Shown: piece by piece, positions 23,835-24,000 of the stretch
Layout of the letters: every line of letters starts with the position of its first letter
Position numbering within the stretch: the stretch's first letter is position 1
Source: an uncultured archaeon
GTDB lineage: Archaea; Nanobdellota; Nanobdellia; Pacearchaeales; GW2011-AR1
NCBI GenBank assembly: GCA_963845205.1
Contig: CAWJRC010000002.1
Span: forward strand, 296,214 to 320,213
Length of the DNA stretch: 24,000 nt
Direction of reading: 5' to 3'
Program-made: the position numbers and the translations under genes
Notes under the pieces: model-generated
Told to the model about the DNA's origin: nothing
Database searches by the model: none
Seen by the model: the letters and a program-made list of their open reading frames with translations, nothing else

Positions 23835-24000
23835 AAGAAAACTTACTTGTAACGTTTGAGGAATGTGTAGAACTTGGTAAATCTTTAAGACGAGAGGGTA
23901 AAAATGTATTAGCTATAAAGGCATTTAAAAAAGCTAAAAAGATGTTCCCTGTTCGGGATGATGTATTCCTAAAAAATAAAATACTTAATGAAATTGAGGT
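23831..24000 (+). CDS. Hypothetical protein, partial (runs off the window)
   Basis: My translation: MKENLLVTFEECVELGKSLRREGKNVLAIKAFKKAKKMFPVRDDVFLKNKILNEIE..., open to the window end. ATGA overlap with copy 4. The first 8 codons are shared with the GT8 paralogues. Confidence 0.5.
   Translation, partial: MKENLLVTFEECVELGKSLRREGKNVLAIKAFKKAKKMFPVRDDVFLKNKILNEIE

Larger units (their letters stand above)
19731..23854 (+). repeat. Tandem gene array: four ~1.0-kb units (start-to-start 1007, 1037, 1025 and 1031 bp)
   Basis: Conserved junction blocks of about 270 bp (3' ~87 bp of one gene plus 5' ~183 bp of the next) recur at 20.65-20.92, 21.69-21.96 and 22.72-22.98 kb. The last junction keeps only the first ~24 nt of the 5' block. 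Confidence 0.9.

Overview
AT-rich, very gene-dense fragment that I read as archaeal, probably from a small-genome (DPANN-like) lineage. The main evidence is a tRNA with a 48-nt intron at the canonical 37/38 position that folds into a clean helix-bulge-helix-bulge-helix motif. Supporting evidence: its UAU (Ile) anticodon, an Elp3 homologue, and TATA-like boxes about 25-30 nt upstream of tRNA 5' ends and start codons. Layout: (i) 1-8.4 kb holds housekeeping and salvage genes: a SAM methyltransferase, an MTAP-APRT fusion, Elp3, and a complete AmmeMemoRadiSam triad (Memo, radical SAM, AMMECR1). (ii) 8.4-10.1 kb holds tRNA-Glu, an intron-containing tRNA-Ile(UAU) and, unexpectedly, a full-length bacterial-type sigma-70 factor. 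(iii) 10.2-24 kb is a cell-surface locus. It starts with a 1080-aa secreted protein carrying about 56 N-X-S/T sequons (hand count) and three 168-bp tandem repeats (the first two nucleotide-identical, the third diverging in its last third). A translationally coupled gene chain follows: GT-C-like membrane protein, GT2, radical SAM, two GT-B enzymes. The chain ends in four tandem GT8-like paralogues with invariant termini, divergent cores and clear block-wise recombination. I consider that GT8 cassette array, next to its likely glycoprotein substrate, the most interesting candidate system here. All functional calls come from motif recognition by eye; no database search was run.
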